Part shown: in pieces, positions 1-8,110 of the stretch | Numbering within the stretch: the stretch's first letter is position 1 | Layout of the letters: each line of letters starts with the position of its first letter | Assembly (NCBI GenBank): GCA_044358465.1 | Contig: JBIKNT010000001.1 | Location: forward strand, 1-26,793 | Direction: 5' to 3' | DNA from: Ilumatobacteraceae bacterium | Lineage (GTDB): Bacteria > Actinomycetota > Acidimicrobiia > Acidimicrobiales > Ilumatobacteraceae | Length of the DNA stretch: 26,793 nucleotides | Program-made: the position numbers and the translations under genes | Notes under the pieces: model-generated | The model's input: only the letters and a program-made list of their open reading frames with translations | The model's database searches: none | What the model was told of the DNA's origin: nothing

Positions 1-1
1 C

Positions 2-625
2 GGCCCCGGTTCTCAGAATCGCGACCTCACTGGTGCTCTCATCGGCGCTGCACCTCTAGCAGTTGGACTCATCATGGTTGTGGCCTTCGTACTGCTGCTC
101 GTTGTCTTCCGTAGCTTGACCATTGCTTTGGCATCCGTTGTGCTGAATCTCATTAGCGTGGGAGCAAGTTTCGGTTTCGCCACGCTGGTGTTTCAACATG
201 GGTTCGGTGCGGGTCTCATTGGAATTGAACATCAAGGATTCATCAACGCATGGGCACCACTCTTCTTCTTCGCTTTGCTCTTTGGGTTGTCGATGGACTA
301 CCAACTCTTTTTGCTTGCAGGAATTAAGGAGCAATACGAAAAGTCAGGAGACACACAAGTGGCTATTCGTGAAGGCATTGCACGCACTGGTCGCCCCATC
401 ACCAATGCAGCACTCATCATGATTGTTGTGTTCATCGCCTTTGGAGTGACCGGGCCCATTCCCCCCACTGAGCTTGGTATTACTTTGGCCGTGGCCATAT
501 TCCTCGACGCAACAGTCATTCGTATGATGCTGGTTCCGGCCCTCTTTGGGTTGCTGGGTGAAAAGACCTGGTGGCTGCCGAAGTGGCTCGGCAAGTTTCT
601 CCCCCACGTGAATTTCAGCCATTAA
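2..625 (+). CDS. MMPL/RND family membrane transporter, C-terminal part (5'-truncated by window edge)
   Basis: The frame is open from position 2 (GPGSQNRDLTGAL...) into ORF 74..625. Motifs LLFGLSMDYQLFLL, TGRPITNAALIMIVVF and DATVIRMMLVPA are typical of MMPL C-terminal TM domains. Confidence 0.9.
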   Translation, partial: GPGSQNRDLTGALIGAAPLAVGLIMVVAFVLLLVVFRSLTIALASVVLNLISVGASFGFATLVFQHGFGAGLIGIEHQGFINAWAPLFFFALLFGLSMDYQLFLLAGIKEQYEKSGDTQVAIREGIARTGRPITNAALIMIVVFIAFGVTGPIPPTELGITLAVAIFLDATVIRMMLVPALFGLLGEKTWWLPKWLGKFLPHVNFSH

Positions 626-633
626 ATTCCCAC

Positions 634-674
634 TTTTCCATAATCCCGACCTAGTTAGTCGGGATTATGGAAAA
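634..674. promoter_or_regulatory. Perfect 17-bp inverted repeat (TTTTCCATAATCCCGAC-N7-GTCGGGATTATGGAAAA); candidate Rrf2-type operator and/or terminator upstream of the peroxiredoxin
   Basis: Palindrome read directly. The core CCCGAC-N7-GTCGGG recurs at 10390..10420 upstream of metY. Confidence 0.6.
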
Positions 675-721
675 TGGCGTTATCGTGGACTATGAATTAG
701 TCACCTTTAAAGGAGAACACC

Positions 722-1357
722 ATGGCACTTCGACTCGGCGATACCGCCCCCGACTTCACCGCAGAAACCACACAAGGCACCATCAACTTTCATGAATGGC
801 TTGGCACCTCGTGGGGCGTACTTTTTAGTCACCCCAAAGACTTCACCCCAGTGTGCACCACTGAACTTGGGTACGTAGCAAAAATCAAACCAGAGTTCGA
901 CAAGCGCAATGTGAAAGTCATCGGCTTATCTGTTGACAATGTTGAATCGCACCTGAAGTGGGAAGGCGACATTGGCGAGACACAAGGAACACCTGTGAAC
1001 TTCCCCATGATCGGCGACCCAGAGCGCAAGGTCAGCGACCTGTACGACATGATTCACCCCAATGCAAGTGACACCATGACCGTGCGTTCAGTATTTGTTA
1101 TTGGACCCGACAAAAAGGTGAAGCTCACCATTACTTACCCAGCATCAACTGGCCGCAACTTCGACGAAGTGCTTCGCGTCATCGATTCATTGCAATTGAC
1201 TGCGCAATTCAAAGTGGCCACACCTGCCAACTGGAAAGATGGCGGCGACGTCATCATCGGTGCAGCTGTGTCTGACGATGAGGCAAAGACGCTGTTCCCA
1301 CAAGGCTGGACAACCGTCAAGCCTTACTTGCGCGTATTGCCACAACCTAAGAAATAA
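722..1357 (+). CDS. 1-Cys peroxiredoxin (Prx6 / LsfA-like)
   Basis: FSHPKDFTPVCTTE peroxidatic motif, YPASTGRNFDEVLR and ATPANW. AAGGAG Shine-Dalgarno upstream. Confidence 0.93.
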   Translation: MALRLGDTAPDFTAETTQGTINFHEWLGTSWGVLFSHPKDFTPVCTTELGYVAKIKPEFDKRNVKVIGLSVDNVESHLKWEGDIGETQGTPVNFPMIGDPERKVSDLYDMIHPNASDTMTVRSVFVIGPDKKVKLTITYPASTGRNFDEVLRVIDSLQLTAQFKVATPANWKDGGDVIIGAAVSDDEAKTLFPQGWTTVKPYLRVLPQPKK

Positions 1358-1368
1358 TTTTTACCGAC

Positions 1369-1878
1369 TCACCCCAGCAAGTTTTTCTCTACCCATTCGC
1401 GCACTTGTGGAGCAAGAAAGTGGAGAAACTGCTGGGGTGTTTCGCGTATTTGGGTGGCACTAATAGGAACATTGATGCGCTCTTCGTCGACCACTACTGC
1501 TTGTGCTTCTAGTCGACGTGCTAGCTCAGCAACATAAGAATCAGAAGAGAACACTGCATGCGGGCCGGCGTCATGCGGCCACTTGCTACGAAAAAGTGCA
1601 ATCCATTTCGCCCACAGTTCATTGTCGTTCCAGTTGGTGTCGAGTTCGTGAGCAACTTCCACCACGGTCACGTTGGCATGTAATTCAGCAAGCCAACCTG
1701 CGCGCAAGGAACCAGGCACTAGTTCCCCTGCACGAGTGTTGACGAAAACCACCAGTGCATCACACTGTGCTGCAGCGGCATCAATAAACCACGAATGCCC
1801 TAAATGTGGAGGGTGGAAACGACCCACAATAAGCCCAGTGGAGAATTGTTCGCGGGGTTGGTCGGTCCGATACGTCAT
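1369..1878 (-). CDS. NadR-like nicotinamide-nucleotide adenylyltransferase / cytidylyltransferase-fold protein (stand-alone NTase domain)
   Basis: GRFHPPHLGH (HIGH-type) motif, VFSSDSY and ISATQIRE. Start reassigned to ATG 1878, which has a GGAG upstream; the longer ORF from 2082 overlaps the nitroreductase. Confidence 0.8.
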   Translation of the reverse strand: MTYRTDQPREQFSTGLIVGRFHPPHLGHSWFIDAAAAQCDALVVFVNTRAGELVPGSLRAGWLAELHANVTVVEVAHELDTNWNDNELWAKWIALFRSKWPHDAGPHAVFSSDSYVAELARRLEAQAVVVDEERINVPISATQIRETPQQFLHFLAPQVREWVEKNLLG

Positions 1879-1908
1879 AGGTGTGCTCCACTTGAAACGA
1901 TAGAGCAC

Positions 1909-2502
1909 ATGGACGTCTTCGATGCAATGAACACCGCTCGTGCAATGCGCTTTTTTAAGCCCGACCCCGTGCCGAGTGAACTCATAGAAAAGGTGTTGTG
2001 GGCCGCCACCCGCGCCAGTAGCCCAAATAACACACAAGGCTGGGATTTCATTGTGGTCACCGACCCCGAAGTTCGCAAGCAACTCGGCGCACTCTTTTTG
2101 CCTTTTGCCGAACGTGTTTCCAAATTTCCCGACCCCGGCAACGACACCGACCGACGCACATTAAAAGGCGCGCAAAACCTCGGCGCCAACATGGGAAATT
2201 TCCCATGCATCATTTTTGTTTGTGGTCGCAACATTTACCCTGCCGACAACCCACGTGAACCGTTCATGTATTCAGCGGTGTACGCCGCAAGCCAAAACCT
2301 CATTGTTGCTGCGCGCGCACTGGGTTTGGGCGCAGCCTTCACCACTTTGCACGGAATGGTGGAAGCACAAATTCGTACCATCTTGAATATTCCCGATGAA
2401 ATGTACATCGGCACCACTATTCCCCTTGGCTATCCCGATGGTCCAGAAGGCCCCGTGTCGCGCAAAGATATTTCTGAGGTTGTGCACTACAACGGTTGGT
2501 AA
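1909..2502 (+). CDS. Nitroreductase family protein
   Basis: MDVFDAMNTARAMRFF...AATRASSPNNTQGWDFIVV and AASQNLIVAARALGLGA motifs. Start reassigned to ATG 1909. Confidence 0.9.
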   Translation: MDVFDAMNTARAMRFFKPDPVPSELIEKVLWAATRASSPNNTQGWDFIVVTDPEVRKQLGALFLPFAERVSKFPDPGNDTDRRTLKGAQNLGANMGNFPCIIFVCGRNIYPADNPREPFMYSAVYAASQNLIVAARALGLGAAFTTLHGMVEAQIRTILNIPDEMYIGTTIPLGYPDGPEGPVSRKDISEVVHYNGW

Positions 2503-2506
2503 ACCT

Positions 2507-3022
2507 TTAAGCGCCTGGCGCACTCAACACGGTGCGTTCCATTTCTTCTGGCTCACAGCCCGTCACAATGAGCAACTTGCTAAATCCGTGAAAGAGAGCC
2601 AGTCCAATTCCCATTTCGACAATTTGTTCTGTCGTGAACTCTTTTTTCATTTCTACTTGCACATCGGGCGCCGGTGCACCTTGCGCACCGAGGAATGCGT
2701 CGGCAAAAGCTAGAGCTAGTTTTGAGCGCTGTGGCAAGTCGGTGTCGTCGTAGCCATCGTCAACTTTTTCCACATCGTCTTCCACCATGTTTTCTTGCTT
2801 CACGACCGTGAAGCGCACATTGCGTCAATAACCACAATCGGTAATGCGGGCATTACGTAAGCGCGTGGTTTCTTTGGTGATGTGGTCAAGTTCGCCACGT
2901 TGCCAAAATTCGGCGTACAGAGTAGAGAATGCTTTGGCGAGTTGCGGTTGATGTCCGAGAATAGAACCAAACACTGAACGCGCAGTGGGGTCGACGGGGT
3001 CAAGGCGTGGAGTACTCGACAT
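2507..3022 (-). CDS. AhpD/carboxymuconolactone-decarboxylase-like protein with in-frame TGA (probable selenocysteine, CxxU motif), 171 aa
   Basis: ORFs 2825..3022 and 2507..2818 share a frame and are separated by one TGA (2825-2827), reading KETTRLRNARITDCGY-U-RNVRF. This is the AhpD-like CxxC position, and a SECIS-like hairpin follows. Confidence 0.8.
2797..2814 (-). other. Putative bacterial SECIS element (GCUUCAC-GGUC-GUGAAGC)
   Basis: 7-bp perfect stem with GGUC apical loop. The stem begins 11 nt after the UGA. The loop is the same as in the E. coli fdhF SECIS (GCA-GGUC-UGC). Confidence 0.72.
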
Positions 3023-3438
3023 CAGGCGACCTTTTCCAATTTTCCAAAGCCATCACACAGAGCAACATGGAACAACATCGCCAAAATATCGGGAGTAGAA
3101 AAATACTTTCTCAGCTTCTCAAATTGCTCGTCGGTGACGCTGTGTACGTCGAGTACGAACTGTTCAGTGATTTCTAAAATTGCTTTTTCGCCATCGGTAA
3201 ATTCTGGCGACGAGTACCAGTTCTTTAACTTCTCACTCAGTGCGCTCTCAGCGCGTTCTAAGCCGAGCAACTGAGCAACTTGCAGTTCAATGAGGCTCGC
3301 TGTGCGACCTGGTGCCGTGCTACTCGCTTGGCCTCGTAATTCGTCGATGAAGGGTGCCAAATGGGTTTGGGCGCTGGCAATATCGGACGCATTCCACGCA
3401 CCGCTGACCCATGAGTTGCGACCTTCAATATTTGCCAC
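3022..3438 (-). CDS. AhpD/CMD-like paralog lacking the CxxC motif
   Basis: W..SPEFTDGEKAILEITEQF..D...VTDEQFEKLRKYFS C-terminal CMD-like signature. Its stop overlaps the next start (TGATG). Leaderless TAGGCT-6nt-GTG start. Confidence 0.7.
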   Translation of the reverse strand: MANIEGRNSWVSGAWNASDIASAQTHLAPFIDELRGQASSTAPGRTASLIELQVAQLLGLERAESALSEKLKNWYSSPEFTDGEKAILEITEQFVLDVHSVTDEQFEKLRKYFSTPDILAMLFHVALCDGFGKLEKVA

Positions 3439-3451
3439 TAGACAAGCCTAG

Positions 3452-4198
3452 ATGACTTCCACCACCCCCACTCTCGTTGCGGCTGCTGCTGCGCTCAATG
3501 CCTCAAAAATCTACGGAAAAGACGACAGTGAGGTGCGCGCCCTCGACGACGTCACAGTCGACTTTGCCGAGGGCCAGTTCACTGCCATCATGGGCCCCAG
3601 CGGCTCAGGCAAGAGCACACTCATGCATTGCCTCGCAGGGCTCGACACCCTCACCTCGGGCAAAGTGTTCGTTGATGGCACCGACTTGTCGGGGCTTAGC
3701 GACCGTGAACTCACTGTTTTGCGCCGTGAGCAAGTTGGCTTCATCTTCCAGGCCTACAACCTCATCCCTACGCTCACCGCGCTCGAAAACATCACGTTGC
3801 CACTCGACCTCGGAGGTGTTGACGTCGACCAAGTGTGGCTGAACGATGTAGTGCGCGCGGTCAAATTGGAATCGCGTCTCACACATCGCCCCAGTGAACT
3901 CTCTGGCGGGCAGCAACAACGCGTTGCAGTTGCACGTGCACTAGCAAGTCGCCCCAAAATTATTTTTGCCGACGAACCCACAGGAAACCTCGACAGCAGG
4001 TCGGGCGCAGAAATTCTCGCCTTTATGCGTCACGCTGTGAGCGACCTTGGGCAAACCATTGTGATGGTGACCCACGACCCTGTTGCTGCTGCGTATGCCG
4101 ACCGTGTTGTTTTTCTTGCCGACGGAAAAGTTGTTGATGAAGTGACCTCACCAACAAGTGAGCAAGTGCTCGACCGCATGAAGAAACTCGGGTCGTAA
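3452..4198 (+). CDS. ABC transporter ATP-binding protein (LolD/MacB-like)
   Basis: Walker [25 protein letters not shown] signature, [12 protein letters not shown] and VTHD. Confidence 0.95.
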   Translation: MTSTTPTLVAAAAALNASKIYGKDDSEVRALDDVTVDFAEGQFTAIMGPSGSGKSTLMHCLAGLDTLTSGKVFVDGTDLSGLSDRELTVLRREQVGFIFQAYNLIPTLTALENITLPLDLGGVDVDQVWLNDVVRAVKLESRLTHRPSELSGGQQQRVAVARALASRPKIIFADEPTGNLDSRSGAEILAFMRHAVSDLGQTIVMVTHDPVAAAYADRVVFLADGKVVDEVTSPTSEQVLDRMKKLGS

Positions 4199-4200
4199 CA

Positions 4201-6765
4201 GTGTCTTCACCCGTCATACGCCTTACTTTGCGCGGCGTACTTGCCCGTAAGTTCCGCATTATTCTCACCGTGTTCGCCATTGTGAGTGGAGTTGCGTTTG
4301 TTTCTGGTGCCTTCATGCTCACCGACAGTGTGAAGACCGCAATCAACAGTCTTTTTGAAGAACTGCGCGGCGACATTGCTTTAGAAGTGCGTGCCCCTAT
4401 TGCTTTTGGCGATGAGGCCACTGCGCAGCGTGACCCTGTTCCCGCTGCACTTGTTTCTGGCATCGCTGCAGTTCCTGGCGTGAGTTCAGTGGAAGTCAAC
4501 ATCATTCGCGAGTCCACCATCGTGAAACCCGATGGTAAACCGCTGAGAACTTCTGGCCCCGCTTTTGGCATTTCCTGGTTGGGTCAAGACGGCCTAGACG
4601 GACGCACCATGCTTGAAGGACGCGAAGCTCGCGGCCCTGGTGAAGTTGCTATCGACAAGGCCTCTGCTGAGCGTGCAGATTATGTTCTGGGCGACACCGT
4701 CACCATTGTTGGGCCCACCGGCAAGGGCGAATTCACCCTTGTTGGACTCACCGGAACTGGCGACACTTCTGGCGGCGGAGGCGCAAGCGTGTGTGCATTC
4801 GACCCAGTAACGGCAAATACATTTCTCGGCGCAGAAGGTTTGGCCGACTCCATTTATGTTGGTCTTGAAAGCGGTGCTTCGCAAGCCACAGTTCAAGAGG
4901 CAATTGCATCCGTTATCACCACCAAATACGAGGTGATTCCAGGCGAACAGTCGGCGAAGGAAACTGCTGGTGCCATTAACGACATCATCGATATTTTTGG
5001 AAAACTCCTTTTAGGGTTTGCAGCTATCTCGCTTTTTGTGAGTGCATTTCTCATCTTTAATACTTTTGCCATCATCATTAGCCAACGCTTACGTGAACTT
5101 GCTTTGCTGCGTGCCATTGGAGCGAGTTCGCGTCAGATACGACTCATGATTTTGGGCGAAGCACTCATCATCGGAATCATTGCTACTGCCTTTGGTATCT
5201 TGGGCGGGGTTGGGGTGTCGAAAGGCATCACCGCACTCTTCAACGCCACTGGCGCCGCATTCCCGTCAGCCACCATCACTATTTCCACGCGCACCATCCT
5301 TGCGTCGCTCTTTGTTGGTATCGGCGTCACCGTCACGGCAGCAATGGTGCCTGCCTTGCGAGCCAGCAAAATTCCTCCAGTTGCCGCTATGCGCCCCGAG
5401 ATTGGTTTCACCGCCTTACAGCGCAGTAAACGCCTGTTTGCGGGCGCTGCGACGTTGGTTGCCGCTATCGCACTGCTATGTATTGGTCTCTTCGTTCAAC
5501 CAGGCGGAGCAATTGGCATCCTTGGCGCAAGCGGACTCGGAGCCATCTTGTTGTTCCTGGGCGTCGCAAGTTTGTCCACCTCATTTGCTGCCCCCATGAG
5601 CGCAGCAATTAGCCGCGTATTGCCCTTCCCGCTTCGGCCAATGACACGTTCCGTCGCTGGTCGACTCGCGAGTCGTAATGCTCAGCGCACTCCACGCCGC
5701 ACGGCAACCACAGCTTCAGCACTCATGATTGGTCTTGCAATGGTCAGCACCGTTGCTGTCATTGCGGCCTCAGTACAGAAGTCGTTCCGTGATCGTTTGC
5801 AAGGTTCCGTGACAGCCGACTACTTCGTCACAAGCGACGGCTTCCAAGGCTTGCCACCAGCGTTCGGAGAAAAACTCGCTGCTCTTCCCGAGCTTGGCGA
5901 AGTGTCGCCGTTTCGCGCATCTACTGCGCAAATCAACGGGGAGTCAAAGCAAATTGGTGCGGTGAACGTGGACATGGGCGACATCGTGAACGTCAAACTC
6001 ACCTCGGGAAATTTTGCAGCACTAGGCAAAGGCCAGATACTGGTGCACCGCGACCCCGCTCGCGACCTTGCTCTCTCTGTGGGAAGTTCGGTTGCAGTGA
6101 CATGGCAAAACGGCACCACCACTAATCTCACTGTTGGCGGTGTCTACGACGACTCGTCTATAGCTGGCAACTGGCTCGTCAGCCTCGATGTTCTGAGCAA
6201 AGCTTCTACCGCCCCGCCCGTTGACTTTTTCATCGGCGCAATCATTGCCGATGGAGTCAGCATTGAATCTGCTCGTGCTGCGGTCGACAAAGTCGCTGAA
6301 GAATTTCCAAGCGCCCTGGTTCAAGACCAAGCCGAGTTCCAAAAGAGCCAAGAAGACCAGCTCAACCAGCTGCTTTTCATTGTGTATTGCCTGCTCGTAT
6401 TCGCCATTGGCATTGCTGTCTTAGGCATTGCAAACACGATGGCGCTCTCGGTTTACGAGCGCACTCGCGAGTTCGGACTCTTACGTGCAGTTGGCATGAG
6501 CAAACGGCATCTCAAGCGCTCTGTGCGTTGGGAAGCCATCATCGTTTCTGTCTTTGGTGCAACATTGGGCATCGCTGTCGGAGTTCCGTTAGGTATTGCC
6601 GTTTCTATTGCGCTTCCTGAATCATTTGTGAATGGCATCAGCATTCCTTTTGACACCATTGTGGTTGTGCTTCTTGCATCCATTGTTGTTGGCATCATCG
6701 CCGCCATTGGGCCAGCGCGTCGTGCCGCAAAACTCAATGTCCTTGAAGCAATTTCTGCCATCTAA
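4201..6765 (+). CDS. FtsX/MacB-like ABC permease with duplicated domain architecture
   Basis: Two FtsX repeats (QRLRELALLRAIGA; ERTREFGLLRAVGM) with large extracytoplasmic loops, directly after the ATPase. Confidence 0.92.
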   Translation: MSSPVIRLTLRGVLARKFRIILTVFAIVSGVAFVSGAFMLTDSVKTAINSLFEELRGDIALEVRAPIAFGDEATAQRDPVPAALVSGIAAVPGVSSVEVNIIRESTIVKPDGKPLRTSGPAFGISWLGQDGLDGRTMLEGREARGPGEVAIDKASAERADYVLGDTVTIVGPTGKGEFTLVGLTGTGDTSGGGGASVCAFDPVTANTFLGAEGLADSIYVGLESGASQATVQEAIASVITTKYEVIPGEQSAKETAGAINDIIDIFGKLLLGFAAISLFVSAFLIFNTFAIIISQRLRELALLRAIGASSRQIRLMILGEALIIGIIATAFGILGGVGVSKGITALFNATGAAFPSATITISTRTILASLFVGIGVTVTAAMVPALRASKIPPVAAMRPEIGFTALQRSKRLFAGAATLVAAIALLCIGLFVQPGGAIGILGASGLGAILLFLGVASLSTSFAAPMSAAISRVLPFPLRPMTRSVAGRLASRNAQRTPRRTATTASALMIGLAMVSTVAVIAASVQKSFRDRLQGSVTADYFVTSDGFQGLPPAFGEKLAALPELGEVSPFRASTAQINGESKQIGAVNVDMGDIVNVKLTSGNFAALGKGQILVHRDPARDLALSVGSSVAVTWQNGTTTNLTVGGVYDDSSIAGNWLVSLDVLSKASTAPPVDFFIGAIIADGVSIESARAAVDKVAEEFPSALVQDQAEFQKSQEDQLNQLLFIVYCLLVFAIGIAVLGIANTMALSVYERTREFGLLRAVGMSKRHLKRSVRWEAIIVSVFGATLGIAVGVPLGIAVSIALPESFVNGISIPFDTIVVVLLASIVVGIIAAIGPARRAAKLNVLEAISAI

Positions 6766-7148
6766 TGTCTCCAGAAAACATCACCCCAGAAATCATTGCT
6801 TTCTTAACTGAGCGTCATTTAGCTTCGCTTACCACGCTTCGTAAAGACGGTTCACCACACGTTGTTCCTGTGGGCTTTAGTTTTGATGTATCTTCCAATG
6901 AAGTACGCATCATTACTTTTGCAGGTTCGCAAAAGGTGAAAAATGCCGAACGTGGCGGAAGAGCAGTTGTATCGCAGGTCGACAAAGGCCGCTGGCTTTC
7001 TCTTGAAGGAACCGTGCGCCTTGCTACCGATGAAGTTGCAGTTGCTCAGGCCGTTGCCGGTTATGCAGCGCGCTACCAAGCGCCAAAGGAACGCGTCGAC
7101 CGAGTGGCAATCATCATTGCGGTCGACAAAATACTGGGGCGCGCTTAA
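6765..7148 (+). CDS. Pyridoxamine 5'-phosphate oxidase-fold (PPOX-class, probably F420-dependent) oxidoreductase
   Basis: LASLTTLRKDGSPHVVPVGF, KVKNAER and WLSLEG motifs. Confidence 0.85.
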   Translation: MSPENITPEIIAFLTERHLASLTTLRKDGSPHVVPVGFSFDVSSNEVRIITFAGSQKVKNAERGGRAVVSQVDKGRWLSLEGTVRLATDEVAVAQAVAGYAARYQAPKERVDRVAIIIAVDKILGRA

Positions 7149-7152
7149 GCCT

Positions 7153-8052
7153 TTAGCTTGCCGCTTGATTGCCGTTATCGGTGAATAAACCTTTGTTTTG
7201 TACCATTTCAGAGATATACATTGAGCCCGCAGGATGTGAGTCGGTGAGCCTGGCGATGGGATCGGAATGGTCTGGCTCTGGTGCCGGCGCACAACCGAGC
7301 TGGCAACTGGGGCACCAATACAACAAGCGTTCAGGTGAACCGTGATATTGCACTGCAATGACTCCCCCGCAACGCTTACATGGTTGGCCATTGCGACCGT
7401 ATGCAAACAGGTCTGATGGCGACTCTGAGTTTTGTTGTTGCAACATTGCAGATGCAGTGCGCACAATTTCTACACATGTTGATTGCGGCAACAAACCAAC
7501 TGGTGCAAGTGGATGCACTTCACTTGACCACAAAACTTCACAGCGATACACATTGCCAATTCCTGTTGCAACGTGCTGATCGAGTAAAACATCGGCAATA
7601 GAGATTGTTGGATTCTCATATGTCATTAAACGTCGCACGCACTCATTGATGTTGGCATTGGCATCGTGCAGGTCGGGACCAAGGCGACCAAAGTTTGGAT
7701 GACGAACAAAACTGTCGGGGCGATACGTTTCCACATCGCGCGCATTGAAGCACACAGCAACCCAATCGATTGTTTCTACAACTACTCGCGCCATACGTTG
7801 CGGCTTACGCCACGTTTCACCACGGCGATACAGTTCCCAACTTCCGCGAAATCCGAGGTTGGTGCTCAACACGATGTCATCGTCCCAACAGATTTCTAGT
7901 TGGCGACCATGTGACACGACATCTTCAACTGTTCTTCCAAGTCGGGGCGTGGGCCCACTTAACTTTTCTGCTTCAAAACCAACGAGTTGTTTGCCTACCA
8001 GCGCAGTGCGCAACGCCGCAGCGGCACGATGCACGGCGTTCTTATCTGGCAT
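7153..8052 (-). CDS. Fpg/Nei family DNA glycosylase/AP lyase (Nei-like, divergent N-terminus)
   Basis: N-terminal Pro, H2TH motif LLDQHVATGIGNVYRCE, zinc finger CKRC...CPSC. Leaderless TATTGT-6nt-ATG start. Confidence 0.85.
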   Translation of the reverse strand: MPDKNAVHRAAAALRTALVGKQLVGFEAEKLSGPTPRLGRTVEDVVSHGRQLEICWDDDIVLSTNLGFRGSWELYRRGETWRKPQRMARVVVETIDWVAVCFNARDVETYRPDSFVRHPNFGRLGPDLHDANANINECVRRLMTYENPTISIADVLLDQHVATGIGNVYRCEVLWSSEVHPLAPVGLLPQSTCVEIVRTASAMLQQQNSESPSDLFAYGRNGQPCKRCGGVIAVQYHGSPERLLYWCPSCQLGCAPAPEPDHSDPIARLTDSHPAGSMYISEMVQNKGLFTDNGNQAAS

Positions 8053-8110
8053 AACTGAACAATAGACCTTGACAACGCACGCAATTCGCCATTCGCACTA
8101 CGCTTCAACA

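Noticed and set aside
2507-3022. Interpretation as a pseudogene or as two small independent genes
   Set aside because: A random nonsense mutation is unlikely to hit exactly the second position of CxxC and be followed by a correctly spaced SECIS-like hairpin. Both halves are otherwise intact and in frame. It remains the fallback if no sel genes exist.
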